A stretch of 62,690 nt of DNA, filler included, from Rhabdomonas costata (taxonomy: Eukaryota): assembly GCA_019059605.1 (NCBI GenBank). It is 28 parts of 28 records of this genome, joined end to end, with 100 filler letters (N's around TTAATTAATTAA, not from the genome) between each part and the next. Parts side by side here need not be neighbours in the genome. Positions count along the whole stretch, not along the records: positions 24,700 to 26,840 come from JAHMHO010005326.1; positions 26,941 to 29,081 come from JAHMHO010005327.1; positions 29,182 to 31,322 come from JAHMHO010005328.1; positions 31,423 to 33,563 come from JAHMHO010005329.1; positions 33,664 to 35,806 come from JAHMHO010005330.1; positions 35,907 to 38,047 come from JAHMHO010005331.1; 22 more parts are not named here. One strand, written 5' to 3'. The notes beneath the pieces were generated by a model. The model ran no database searches and was not told where the DNA came from. It worked only from the letters and a program-made list of their open reading frames with translations. Of the stretch, positions 24,940-37,077 are shown piece by piece (within the stretch, counting starts at the first letter, position 1; each line of letters starts with the position of its first letter). A program made the position numbers and the translations under genes.

Positions 24940-26793
24940 GTCAGAGGAGAAGGATCTGTATCCAAGCGCTTTATGGGGTAAGGTGCAAAGAGGAGCTGGA
25001 CCTGACCTGACAAATGAATTTTCAGAATTACAAATAGAAGAAACACGGTGGGAAGGCGGCATTTCCGATTAGACGCCAAAACTGGAAAAAAAAAAGTAGG
25101 TGTGCCTCTGCTGTTGGCCTGCTGTTTCGCGATGGGCGATGCTGTGTTGTGCAAACGTGTTGCTAAAACAAAGCCCAAACAAAACCCTAACCCAATGCTT
25201 ACCCTTGCTCGTGCAGTGGACCTCTTCTTTGTTCCCCTGAGTGTAACTCCCCCAGAGGGATTGAATTATTTAGGACGCGAAGGCCAGCACCGAGGCCAGA
25301 CGCGGTGCGGCCGGAGCCACCCCACTCCCGAGTTCTCCCGAGTTGGACCCACACCCCACCTACACTTTGATAAACGTCGAAAAACAGCATTTTAGAACTC
25401 GACACCAGCCATACCCAAGCGCTTCTGAGTCCTTGCCAGCAGGTGGTCGTTGTAAGCGAACAGCTGCGCGTTGACCTGGGCATTGCAGTGCGTCGGCACG
25501 GGTGGGTGAAACTTCGTTGGGGGGTTGTACGTGGTCATTTCAGAGCCTCACAAGGGAAATAGGTTACACTGTCTACGAACTCAGATGGGCACGAGAATCT
25601 CTCCACAAAGCAACGTATCCATTAAAGACAGAAAAATCAAACATAGAACATGGACTGGGGAGAAAGAAAAAGAGTGTGCAGGCCGCATGAAGCCTCTGCG
25701 TTGAATTCCCGCGCAGTGTTTGTGACTCGCTTTCTTCCGACTCAATCTCCCTGCGCCCGCCCGCCAACATTCCCTTGCCTTCTGCTCCTTTGCACCGCCT
25801 GTTGGCGTGTCTAAACTGCTTTGCCCCATGCGTATCCAGGGTTGACTTAGCTTTTTGCAGCAGAAGCTCGTTCAGAAAGCGAACTCCCTGTTTTTTTCTT
25901 TCCCAAAGCTTGGCGACATCACAAAGGTTCAAAAAGTACAAATGGGCGTTGTTAATTCTTTTGAAATAAATCATGATAGAGTCCGCATACTGAACCTGTT
26001 GGCTGAAACCGGCAGCTTTTGTTGAAGAGGAGGACACGTAATAGTAAGCTCGCCACAGCTGCTCTCTCACCAATTCATGGCATCAGTCGCGTCACCCAAT
26101 GGCTCATCTAGCTTCAACGCTAAAATGAGACATTCGCCCACAAGCCCACAAGAATTCCATGCGGGCCCCAAGCGGTTCTACTGGAGCAGAAATGCGTCAG
26201 AATGCGGCACGTGGGGACAAGCCGGACTCGCTGGGACAGGAGACAAACGGACGGTTGAAGTGACTACTTATTCAAGAGGATCTTAACATAAGTACGCGCA
26301 TCCGAGGAGCTGGTGGTAGGAGAAGCACAAGTGCAGCAAGAGTTCACACGCCGAAACATCCATGCAACTTATGCACATCCAAAAATGCATGCACACACTC
26401 ACTCATAGTGCTGAAGAAAGCGTGCAACAGGCCGGAATGCCTTAGTTTATAAGCTGCTTAGGACTTTGCAAGCTCTAGCATTAACGCGCAGAACGCATCG
26501 TAATTCACCCGGCGCCTCTCCTTATCCAGGCCTTTGGGCCCCAGTGAATCCAAGGAGAGCGGGGATCGCCTTCGTAGGAGCTCCTCGAAGACCTATTTTC
26601 AAAGAAGAGAAGAGAACTACAAACTCAACAAGGTAGTTACGTAGTTATTGACGGTCAAGGATGGACAGACTCTCTCTGCCACGGAACCCAAGTGTGTTGG
26701 TGGAAAATAAACCAATGGGCGCAATGAGATGCACACTTCGTCGTCAGAAGCTCCATAATACAGGGTGTCAAAGGCGTCGTACGTTTCCCGAAT
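24940..26793 (-). CDS. Possible hypothetical multi-exon protein (partial)
   Basis: Short exon-like segments bounded by AG/GT (IRETYDAFDTLYYGASDDE; VFEELLRRRSPLSLD; VNAQLFAYNDHLLARTQKRL). The full splice path was not resolved. Confidence 0.35.
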
Positions 26794-27547
26794 CTGAAAA
26801 AAAAAACACGAAGGCAAGGAAGCAAGCATAACACACAAACNNNNNNNNNNNNNNNNNNNNNNNNNNNNNNNNNNNNNNNNNNNNTTAATTAATTAANNNN
26901 NNNNNNNNNNNNNNNNNNNNNNNNNNNNNNNNNNNNNNNNGGTTGTGTGGGCTCGGGTGAGGGGAAATTATCGGGGGCCTTTGCAACGGTCTGCAGCGCA
27001 TTGATTACCCTGCGACACTTTTGCAGCGCGTTACCTCATAGGGTCCATCCGCGCAATTAGTGGTTCCGTTTCCACGAGGGAAAGGGAAAGGGTAAACTTG
27101 GCAAACTTGCTCGGCGGGAAAGGACGACACAGGATTCAGCACGATGACAAGTACGGATATTAATGAGAAGCCGGATCAATATAGACCAGCTGCTGGTTCC
27201 TTTCTGCCTAAGAGGGTGGTGGGCACTGACTCGGCAGTGGAGGCGCGACAAGGACCCGGAGGACAGGGAGTTGATACCCTCATCCCAACAAATATCAGCC
27301 ATACGACGATAATCTCTGCCGTAATGCAGGAAGCGAATTTCAAATTACACAGACCTATCATCAAAAAGGGGGAAGATGTGCCCCCTGCACGTGATTCAAA
27401 AGAGGTGAATCTTTCTCCGCCTGTGTCTGTCAGTGCTCCGTTGTGCTGAACTCACACCCATACATCAGAAAAACAGTCCCCAAAATTGCCGATGGCAATT
27501 ATAAATGCCCCCGAGTCCATTTTGGCTGCCAGCCTTCCAGTGGGCAG

Positions 27548-27820
27548 GACGTCCGAGGAAGGGCTTTCAAGGAGAGAGGAGGGTTTTGCTCGGGGCTCTC
27601 CTTTAGCCTTGCCCTCCTCCTCCGCGGCGCGGTCCACCCCCAGCAGGAAAACCCTGGCGGAGGTCAGAGTGGCCACTGCCTTGCGCACGGTATCATCAGT
27701 GCTCCCCGAGAGAAAGCAGACGTACAGCACCAGGCCTCCCCGAATGGAGACGTACCGGCTGATATTGTCCACCAGAAGAGACGCAGACTCGACCTGCTGC
27801 GCGACAACCCGAATGCTCAT
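27548..27820 (-). CDS. DTD2: D-aminoacyl-tRNA deacylase 2 (DTD2/ATD-like), first exon
   Basis: MSIRVVAQQVESASLLVDN...VSIRGGLVLYVCFLSG...SLLE...DV resembles DTD2 (LLQQC...RGLVIYVCFFKG). It has QQ where DTD1 has QR. The downstream PQA-type exon was not found on the contig. Confidence 0.75.
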
Positions 27821-29699
27821 AGGAACGGTGCGGAGTGGAATGAAAGAGTGAAAGGGAACACTGCACTAACCTTCCAGGCTGCGACAAAACCGGAAGCGTG
27901 GTGAAAGGAAAAAGGTATCTGGGTTTCACCAATCAAATCTGATCCTCAGGGAAAAGGGAGGTGTCGCATCGACAAGAAAACGACTGCAAGCCCAGACCAA
28001 CCCGTTTCCAATTTAAGAATGAGGACAGAAGCCATTTTGTTTATTAAACTGCAGCCATTAGTGTGCTTGGGCGTTCCGGCGGATTCTCCTGTGAATCTCC
28101 AAACAAAAGAAATCACACCCGTTTGCAGCTCAGAATACATTGAGAGATAAACGGGCTCCATATGGCCAAGGTGGCTTTTGATGTGCTCCGTAAGAGGCAG
28201 TGAAGAATGGCACCCGGAAAACGATTCCCTCGCACACGTCCCCAAGCAAAATGCCTTGGCTTCGGTCACGATACGCACAATGACAAATGTTGCCACACTT
28301 GAACCAACCCAACCTTACAGGAATGCTTCATGAAGAAAATCAAGAATTAATCAGGTCACAAATGCGAAAACATACACCACGACAAGAAATTCAGCAGGCA
28401 AAACGAGCAGAACGAGTATAGTCACTGCCACAGACCCCAAGGCACCGGCAACTAGGCGTCACACGCTGCATCTCAGGAACGACGCTGGTTAGTATGTAGC
28501 CTTTCAAAAGAAGAAGCAACCTCCTCAGGCGAGAGCACCCGGCCAGGCTTTTTCCAAGGCTGGTCCTGAATCAAGAGGCAGCAAAGGAATCTGTGCAGAG
28601 TGTCCATTCGTGGTGGTGACGCAAAAATAAAAATATAATGCCATAAAATCGATCTATTTTGAACTTAAAATTAGTTGACAAAAATAGAAGAAACGAAATT
28701 CAACAGAAATGAAATGCCTGCATTCCAGCTTGCTTCGGTGTTTTGTTTCCTTCAAGTACAAAAAGTCAATAATGTGCAGCGGCACAGCTGACCAGTAAAA
28801 CCAATCGATCTAACCGAATGAACAATTGACATGCAACCACGCTTAAAAAGCTACCAAGGTAAAAGATCTTTTTTGTTTGAAAAAGATAAAAGTGGAGGCA
28901 AAGGTGGACAAACGTTCCGCGCGCGAAAGGGAGCGACCAGACATGAAAAGCATTATGAAACTAAGAAGTCGAGGAGGAGGTAAGTGCAAGCTGCAGGGCA
29001 ACCATTATGATGTACTTGGCGGTCAGCCGAGCTTGGGACTCCTGCATCCTCTTCAAGCCATCCCCAACACACCAAAACCCCNNNNNNNNNNNNNNNNNNN
29101 NNNNNNNNNNNNNNNNNNNNNNNNNTTAATTAATTAANNNNNNNNNNNNNNNNNNNNNNNNNNNNNNNNNNNNNNNNNNNNCTTCGAACTGGGTGACCGC
29201 CCTCAGGCGCTTGTGCTTGGCGAAGGACGTTTTCCCACGTTCGTACCGTACATTGAAAAAACCAGTTCAGAAACCTTTTATTGCCAATATTTGGACCATC
29301 AAGCAGGACTTTTTTTTTGACTGTTTTCGACCCGGATTTCGGGTGATTCCCACGGTGGCACGGTGGGTCGAAGTTTTTGGATGACGCTATTTCGTGACAG
29401 TTGTGGTTGTTGGTGCTCCTGATGTTCCTTGTCAAGTTTCTGAAACTGGGTTTTGGCATCCATTCACCGACCAATGCACTTCAGGCAGCATAAATTGACC
29501 GATTAACATGTTTTCCAACAAAAGGGTTGGCTTGTGTCCAGAGAAGAAAAACAAGTCAAAAAGTGTGTCCTTGTGCGTATCTTTCGCGTGTTTAAAAATG
29601 AAAAAAAAAGGGGGGGGAGGCGGGAAGCGTCAGGTCTGGATCATTCTCAAACTTTTGAAAGACGGGTGCAATTTAACTCACGCGGGATGCAACACACCA

Positions 29700-31090
29700 A
29701 ACGTTCCATCTCGGCTTTGAGGCTCTGGATCTGCAGGTCCACCTGGCGCTCTGCCAAAGACAGTCGAGTTAAGTTGCGGTCAGCAGCGGCCTTCATCTGC
29801 TCCAGCAGTTCAGCCTCCCTACGCCGCAGGTACTGAAAAAAAACGGTGACAACAAAAACACTGAATGCGCCATGTAACTCACAAAAAACCTGAAAATTCG
29901 CTACACTGGTATTTTATTCTATAATTATGCAGGCAAAAAAGTGAACATGTCTCAAAATCTCCAAAGGTTTCAGGAAGTAAGAATTCTTTACCAAGAATCG
30001 AAGACGGTAGCGACGGCAAAAAAACGATAGCAATGCTGATGATAAACACCAACGTGTTGATTCAGGGGCTATGATCTCGATTTGTACAGGCAACTGCCGT
30101 GGACGGGCTACTCTGCCGAATGGTTTTGGTTTTCTTATTTGCTCGTGGTCACCTTTTCCAACAGCCTCCCAATCTGCGTTCTTGCTTCTTGTCTGAAACC
30201 CCTCAGAGTTTCAAAACTTGAAGAAAAAAAACTTGAAAAGAAGACCGGCCAGGGATGAAAAAACAACGGCCGTGGGCCTCACTTGGTCAGGGCTGTCTGA
30301 CATCCGCAGCAACCCGTGAGCACTTGAACAGGGAAGGGCGTTTAGGTATTACAAACAAACCTCCGAATCGTAGAAAGGAGAGAAATGTGCCGAAAATGTC
30401 CACAGCTCATTCGTAAAAAAAAGTTCCAGAGAAAACTCTTCAAAGCTGCTTTGGAGCCACACAAGAAACACATTACTGCTCACGGTCTGGTGCAATTTGA
30501 AGATCCCAAAAAGGCATACCTCAAAAATTGCCTGAATACGACGACGAACTTCATCAAAGGACAGCGAGTACATCGCGTTCATCCCATCCCTTGCAGTGGA
30601 CAACAACTGCTTGTGTCGCAAACAGCGTTCGATCTGAAAAAAAAGGGAGGGAGAGGGAGGGAACCATTGGAATGTGAAATGCTGATTTTGTGTTTCCGAT
30701 TGAGAAATTGCAGAAGAGGGGCGCACCTCATTGTTCACCTCTTCAATTTTTCCGGGAACGTCGCAATAAACAGTGCGCGCAGCCATGTTCATAAAAACTC
30801 ACGCGAGAAACACTGCAGAAACACCAGCGAACAACTGCGACCTGTTTGTTTGAAGTTTCTTGTTTGCTGCTTGTTATATATATGGTGTACGTTATATATA
30901 TATCCATATATGGTTATATATGGTTATATATGGTGTACGTCCACTGAACTGTGGAGACAGTACCGTGCTTCTTTTGCAATAAGAAATCTCACTTCCTTAA
31001 GTCCTGCCCCCGCTGGTGCCTGGAGTTGCTGGAACACAGGTGCTACACGTTCAGTAAACTCATCAAAACTTACAACGCCAGTGCCCCTCA
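29700..31090 (-). CDS. Possible EF-hand-like + coiled-coil protein (partial)
   Basis: Exon-like segments GTGVVSFDEFTERV; IERCLRHKQLL...SFDEVRRRIQAIFE; YLRRREAELLEQMKAAADRNL. Splice path only partly resolved. Confidence 0.4.
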
Positions 31091-32823
31091 GACCCGTCGG
31101 TACGACGAGACATGTACAATTCGCACTGGGTTCGCTGAATTGCCAGCCCAGAAAGGACTCATTTGCTCTTTTGCCAATTGGGGCAACTGACTCCATTCAA
31201 CCGAGATCACCATTTCTGTCTCTCTTCAGCAGAGACGCGCGGTGTCTTATTGTTGAATGAACATTACTTTCAAAAGATCACGCCCAGTTTTATAAATGCA
31301 GCAATTATGTTAAATGGGTTACNNNNNNNNNNNNNNNNNNNNNNNNNNNNNNNNNNNNNNNNNNNNTTAATTAATTAANNNNNNNNNNNNNNNNNNNNNN
31401 NNNNNNNNNNNNNNNNNNNNNNTGTTGTTTGGTTGTTGGGGGCACTTTATTTTAATGAAGCAAACTCACAAGTGGTGAGCCGGCACCTAGATTTGGTGGT
31501 CGACGCACTTTTTCGATAGTCGATCATCGTTGTCCTAGACTGCGTCGATTACTGACCACCTTACTTGCCCTTCGACGTTAAAATGGAAGCATTATCTCCC
31601 ACAAAAATTGGGATCGATTTTCGATTTTTGCCTTTTGGCTGCTGGAGTACCGATTACCTTTGCAAAAACAGCAACGGAAAAATGACCAAAAACCTCTTGG
31701 TTACCTCACTCGATTACCGACTATCGTGACTTCCTGAGGCGTCGATCACCTCAAAAAGTTAGTCGCTGATCGATTACTTCGATCAGCTGATGGATAGATA
31801 ATGAATCATAGGGCACCTCGCAGCCCCAGACGGTGCCATAAGAACCCCAAGCGAGCACCCCAGGGTGCCAGGATGCGGTCTTGACAAGGATTCTTTTTCT
31901 TCCCGTTTTCTTTCCTTTGGTCTCCTTCTCCTGTCCCACACAGTAAAAACTGGTTGTCACCCAAACCAGAGGGAGCTGAGAGCCCTGCCTACCTTGAGCC
32001 CAGCATAGGAGCCTCGTGCTTGTTCTTCCACACCCCTGTCTCGTGTCATATTTGCTTGCTGACGAACTGACTGGCTTTGGTGCAATTATTGAGCACAGGA
32101 AAGTTCTTGGTTGGAAAATGCAACCCTCTCGCACCTGCTTCATTGGGGTCTTTGAATACGCAGCATGCCTCCCGAAACTCTGCGTGGCCAATCCTTGCAG
32201 CATTTTCTGGCCCCTCCCCCCGTCCTCTTTCCTATTCCTTTTGCGCGGCTCTCTGCCAGCGTTGTTTTTGGTAGCCTCCCGTGATCTTGGTCTGTCCCCC
32301 TTCCTGGTCTCCCTGGTGATAGCACTGACTACTATCGACTTTCAAAAGACGATAGTAAATACCATTGACGTTTTTGTGTTGCTATCTTTTTTGACTTACT
32401 CTCGACACTATCGTTTTTTTCCCGGCATCCCCATTATCAGAGGGTTCGAAATGACATGTCTTAGCACAAGATCTTAGCTGCCCCCAGACCTCCGCCCATG
32501 GCCGCCCCTTGTAAATTTACCAGTTCGCTTCGCAACTTTAAATTTCGCCGCAGAACACCGAAGAAGGCAGGAACGACACTCGTCTCATAACGAGATTCCC
32601 AGGGCCTGGCCATGGCACACCACAGTTTGGTGCCATGGCGGCGGAAATAGTTCGCAAAAACGTGTTTGTGGGGTGGGATAGGAGAGGGCTCCGAAACAAA
32701 AAGGACAAGTTTGTATTGTGATCGGTGAAGAGGTCCAGGACAGCGGCGAAACAGTCCCCAGTCCCCGTCCAAGGTGTGTTTTTGACAACCCTCCCCCTCG
32801 GTCTTCAATCGACCGGTCCTGAC

Positions 32824-33559
32824 CCCTAACTGCGAAGAGGAGGGAGCGATGCGCCATTGTGAAATCCCCAGAGGCGCACCAAAACACAAAGCTCGGAGAC
32901 GGCCGGATCGTCCGGTTCAGCGGAGGGAAGTGCAGACGCACCGGTTTGAGCTTATAATGAAACTTTGTTGATGAGCCGCAGTCTGTAATTAGTCCCAATT
33001 CCTTCACCGCACTGTGCTCCCAGTCGGTAGACCTCATATCAAATGACCACATAGCAAAGTCTTCGCGCAGATCATAGCGCACCGCTGCGAACACAGAGCC
33101 TGGGTCAAGTCCCAAGGCCAACCTCCTGAAAAGCGCATCCGAGAACAGATTGTCACTGTTACACACAAGAATGAACAATCCCGTGGCACGACGGATTCCA
33201 ACGTTCTTCCCATGGTACTCAAGTACGGGAGGCGCGGTTGAGTTCCAACCAGGGTGGGACTCAGAATAGTTTTTGACCACCTCAGAATGCAGACGTGAGC
33301 TCACCCAGATGATCCGCAGCACTGAGAACTGGGACAATGTGAAAAGAGCCTCGTGCAGACGTGGTCGGTTATCAGGGGGGTTCCATTCGACAATGAGATG
33401 TTCGGTGCGAATTCGGTGGCGGTCCGCCAGAGCCCCAACGTTGAGGATTTGGCGCTGCAGAGAGACAGCAGCCGACACGTTTCCTCGGATGTCATTGCGA
33501 GAGACAGTAACCACAGACAGCAGAGGAGACACTGAGGAACTTGAAGGCGCCAACCCCAC
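32824..33559 (-). CDS. GT-A fold (GT2-like) glycosyltransferase (partial)
   Basis: LSVVTVSRND...LIVEWNPP...EYHGKNVGIRRATGLFILVCNSDNLFS...ASGDFTMAH in one exon of about 735 nt or more, ending at a probable G|GT donor. Confidence 0.8.
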
Positions 33560-36417
33560 AACCNNNNNNNNNNNNNNNNNNNNNNNNNNNNNNNNNNNNN
33601 NNNNNNNTTAATTAATTAANNNNNNNNNNNNNNNNNNNNNNNNNNNNNNNNNNNNNNNNNNNNTTGGGTTGGGTTTTGGGGTCCTTGGCGACTCCCGCTT
33701 TTCCTCGGTAAACTGACTGTTTTGGTGCTTTTTCCTCCTTCTCAGGGCTATGATGGTGCGAGAACGCGCAAGCTTTGACCCCAAAACCCAACCCTCTTGG
33801 CAAATAGCCGGCGTTTGGGCGGCCATTCCGCGAGGAGGGTGTGCTTTCGACCGTCTGATGCCTTTGCTTTGGCTTTGCCTTGCCTTTTCTAACCAACACG
33901 CGCACTTCAGGGGATGGGTGTGTGGGTGTGTGGGGTTTCGCCGCTTTCCACTTTTCCAGGCTAGTGTGCGAGCACAGCAACAGCCAAACAGTACGAATCA
34001 AGGCAAGTCCATCCAAACACAACGCGACTTACGATACACAGCTCCACCGCCCAAACCTTTACAAAACCTCTTGCGCTGCACCCTGCGAACTCAACCGCTA
34101 CAACCAAAACCAAAAAGCAAGAAAGAAGATTTTAAACACACCACGCTTCAACCCATTGCGTTACGCAATTATCAAACTCCTATTCAACACGTCAGGTCAA
34201 AGAGCCACAAAACGCATCCAAAGCCCCTTTTGATTCTTCAACTCGATGTAGAAAGAAGCTTGAAGATTCAACTCAACATAATCTTCCTTAAATCCGCGGC
34301 ATTCTTCCTTTTGGCTGCCATTCCATAGAATCCCTGGTATCTCAGCATCTTTAACCTCATCGACAGAAAGGCGTTGTAAGGGACAACAGAACCTGAGGCC
34401 AGCACACCGAAGTATTGCCAGTCAGTGCTTGCGGACATCCAAACAATGAGTAAATCTGACTGACAAAGGAAGCCCAGAACACGTATTAATCTGGAAAAAT
34501 CTGTACCTGGCAGATATGCAGCCACTACTGTACGCTGCAAAAGTGATGGACACGACTGCTTGCTCTTGTTTCAGAAATAGGCCGAAGTGACTCAAACGTA
34601 GCTAGGAACTTTACCAGGCTCTCGGAGAGACCTCCCACCACAGACCACAGGCCAGGCATCGCATTACCCCACACCCCACTCCTTTCCCCACTCTAACAGG
34701 TCACCAAAAGAGAAAAGACCAACCAGCCGCCGACAGTAGAGCCTCCACCAGGCACCGCCAAAGTATTGTAAAGGGTCGAATCTGGAACCTCTCGCTTGTG
34801 GGGGAGATTCCTGAAACGTCCGTAGACGCGTCGGTGCCCATGGGAGAAGGAAGGGGCCGATACACGACCCGTCTCCGAAGGTAGATGGAAGCACGTAGCG
34901 GTAGCTCCACCGTAACACATCAGTTTCGACAGGTCACGGCTTGGGCTCAGCGACAGGCCTGCTGTACTGCCCCAAGTACTGCGGAGAGGTGTGAAGGCGG
35001 GCCCCAGTCTTTCCTGAGGACTTCCGCCCGTAGTGCTGCACCAAGGAGAACCGTGTGGCCAGGGACAATGGGGGGACAGCGCCCACCTTCCCCGTTCCGT
35101 TCCGCATGTAGCTCCTAAGAAGCATGTCCGGGAAGACCACGCCCCCGCGGATGCGGCCTGTGAGAACCTAAAGACGGAGGACAAAGGGCGAATGTGAGTA
35201 CCCCGTGAAGTTTCTTCTTGGACTACGTTGAGCGCTGTGAAAAAAGGGCATCTTCAGGTTTTTTTGGGTTCCCGTTGACTGCTACCTTGGGACATTTTAT
35301 ATGGGACACCCGGTATATCGACATTTTTATTTCGTGAACAAAGAAATTTTAATGAGGCTCATAATGGCAAACATAAGGGAGAAGGTGGAAACAAAATCAA
35401 GAAAACAGATGAGGAACTCATGCGAACTGCTGCCTTACCATGCCGTCATGCATTCTACTTTGTACAAAGTCAAGCGATTCCAAAAACCCCACAAGTTCAG
35501 AAACAACTCCGCATTCCACTACGCCTTGGATGACAACACTCATTTTGGGCACACACTGAGAACAGGTGGGTCATACTTCATTCAGCTGAAGCTGCTGGAA
35601 CTCTTGGCCGGCTTGTGGGGAGAAATATACCGCCTGAATACACCCCCCCCTCTCTCTCTCTCGAGGTGCTGCAGAGTGCATCAAAAAGTGACCGCCTCGG
35701 TCGCTTACAACGCTAAACGTTTCGAACGTTTCGCCGTGCTAAAGACATTGCCCACCCCATGATACGTCCCAATCCAGCCACCCGATTCGGCCGCGCCCCC
35801 CCAAAANNNNNNNNNNNNNNNNNNNNNNNNNNNNNNNNNNNNNNNNNNNNTTAATTAATTAANNNNNNNNNNNNNNNNNNNNNNNNNNNNNNNNNNNNNN
35901 NNNNNNTTGTGGTTGTTTCTTTTCTTCAAATTTGTTCTCTCTGTGTGGACCCCACTGTCGAGATAAAATTTGAAGAAAAGAAACAACCAGAAAATCAATG
36001 CAGACCGGCCAGGGGTGAAACGACCGGCGGCAGTGGGTCCCTCTCTGCAAAGGCTGTCTGACTTCCGCAGCAGCCGCAAGCATTGCACAGCGGAAGCGTG
36101 ATTTAGATTTTCCAAGCAAGGCCCCAAAATAAAAAAAATCATAAGAGATAGGATGACCTGGGGCGTTTAGTGGAGGAACGCCAGGGAGTAACAATAAAAC
36201 TTTGGGGAACAGAGCGCTCTCTCAATAAAGCTTAAAAAACAGCTGGGGAACGCAGAATTTGTGCAAAAGGGGGGGGGGGCATCGCACTGGAAAGCATCCC
36301 AGCATGTCCATCAAAGAAACCAAACTCCACCCAACAGGTAGAGGTAGCCTCGCGTTGGTTGAAAATTGCATCTGGCAATTGCCAGGGCGGGGTGCGTGGT
36401 GTAGCAGGGAAGCATAC

Positions 36418-37077
36418 GGGGCTTGCAGCACTCATTCTGCGTGCAATTCATGGCCGAGGCGCAGGTGGACCCGCTGAGGTCAGACTTCAGCACAAGGCCC
36501 GATCCGCATGACACTACTGGAGCGTTGGCGCAAGTCAGTGCTGAAAATAGACAAAACCACACTCCCGGACATCCACCTGCACTGCAACTCCGAAATTCCT
36601 GCTTAGAGAATGGAGCACCGCGGTATTCCGAGGTGAGCCTTTCTTAAAAACAAGATTGGAGGACGCGAGGTACACGGGTACGGCGATCAGGGAAGGAAGA
36701 ACAAATGAAAAACAAAAATGATATCTGTTTAACAGTTTATTGCTCCCTTATTGGTATACTGCATTTGATTGAAAAAAAGAGCGAGAACCAGCAGAGACAC
36801 ACACCGATGGTTTGAAACGGAATCACAACAGAGAGGTCAAGGGCAAGGACGCAGTTATAGGGCTGAGTGAAAAGGCAACGCGCAGGCAAAACAAAGGCAC
36901 GCATACGGCAAGCATCCGTGTTACAAGGCGAGGTGAGGACTTCGTTGGCGGAGAAGTTGCAATGCGCCCCGCCGTTGGCTTGGGGAGTAAGCACAAAGTA
37001 GGTCTGCGACTGCACCCCAGTGCCGCAGCTCTGGCTGCACGGTGTCGGCGGGGCGAGGTATCCCACACAGTCCACCG
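36418..37077 (-). CDS. Cysteine-rich extracellular protein with a thrombospondin type-1 (spondin-like) repeat (partial)
   Basis: Exon 37077-36907: VDCVG...PCSQSCGTGVQSQT...PQANGGAHC...SPCNTDAC. Exon 36540-36418: TCANAPVVSCGSG...TCASAMNCTQNECCK. Phase-1 GT-AG introns. Confidence 0.85.

Noticed and set aside
26070-26100. Possible euglenid nonconventional intron 3' end (CTGatgcc|A) on the minus strand
   Set aside because: No convincing complementary 5' end was found and no homology anchors the exon.
30385-31260. 291-aa plus-strand ORF
   Set aside because: No recognisable motif. It runs through low-complexity AT repeats and lies antisense to better exon candidates.
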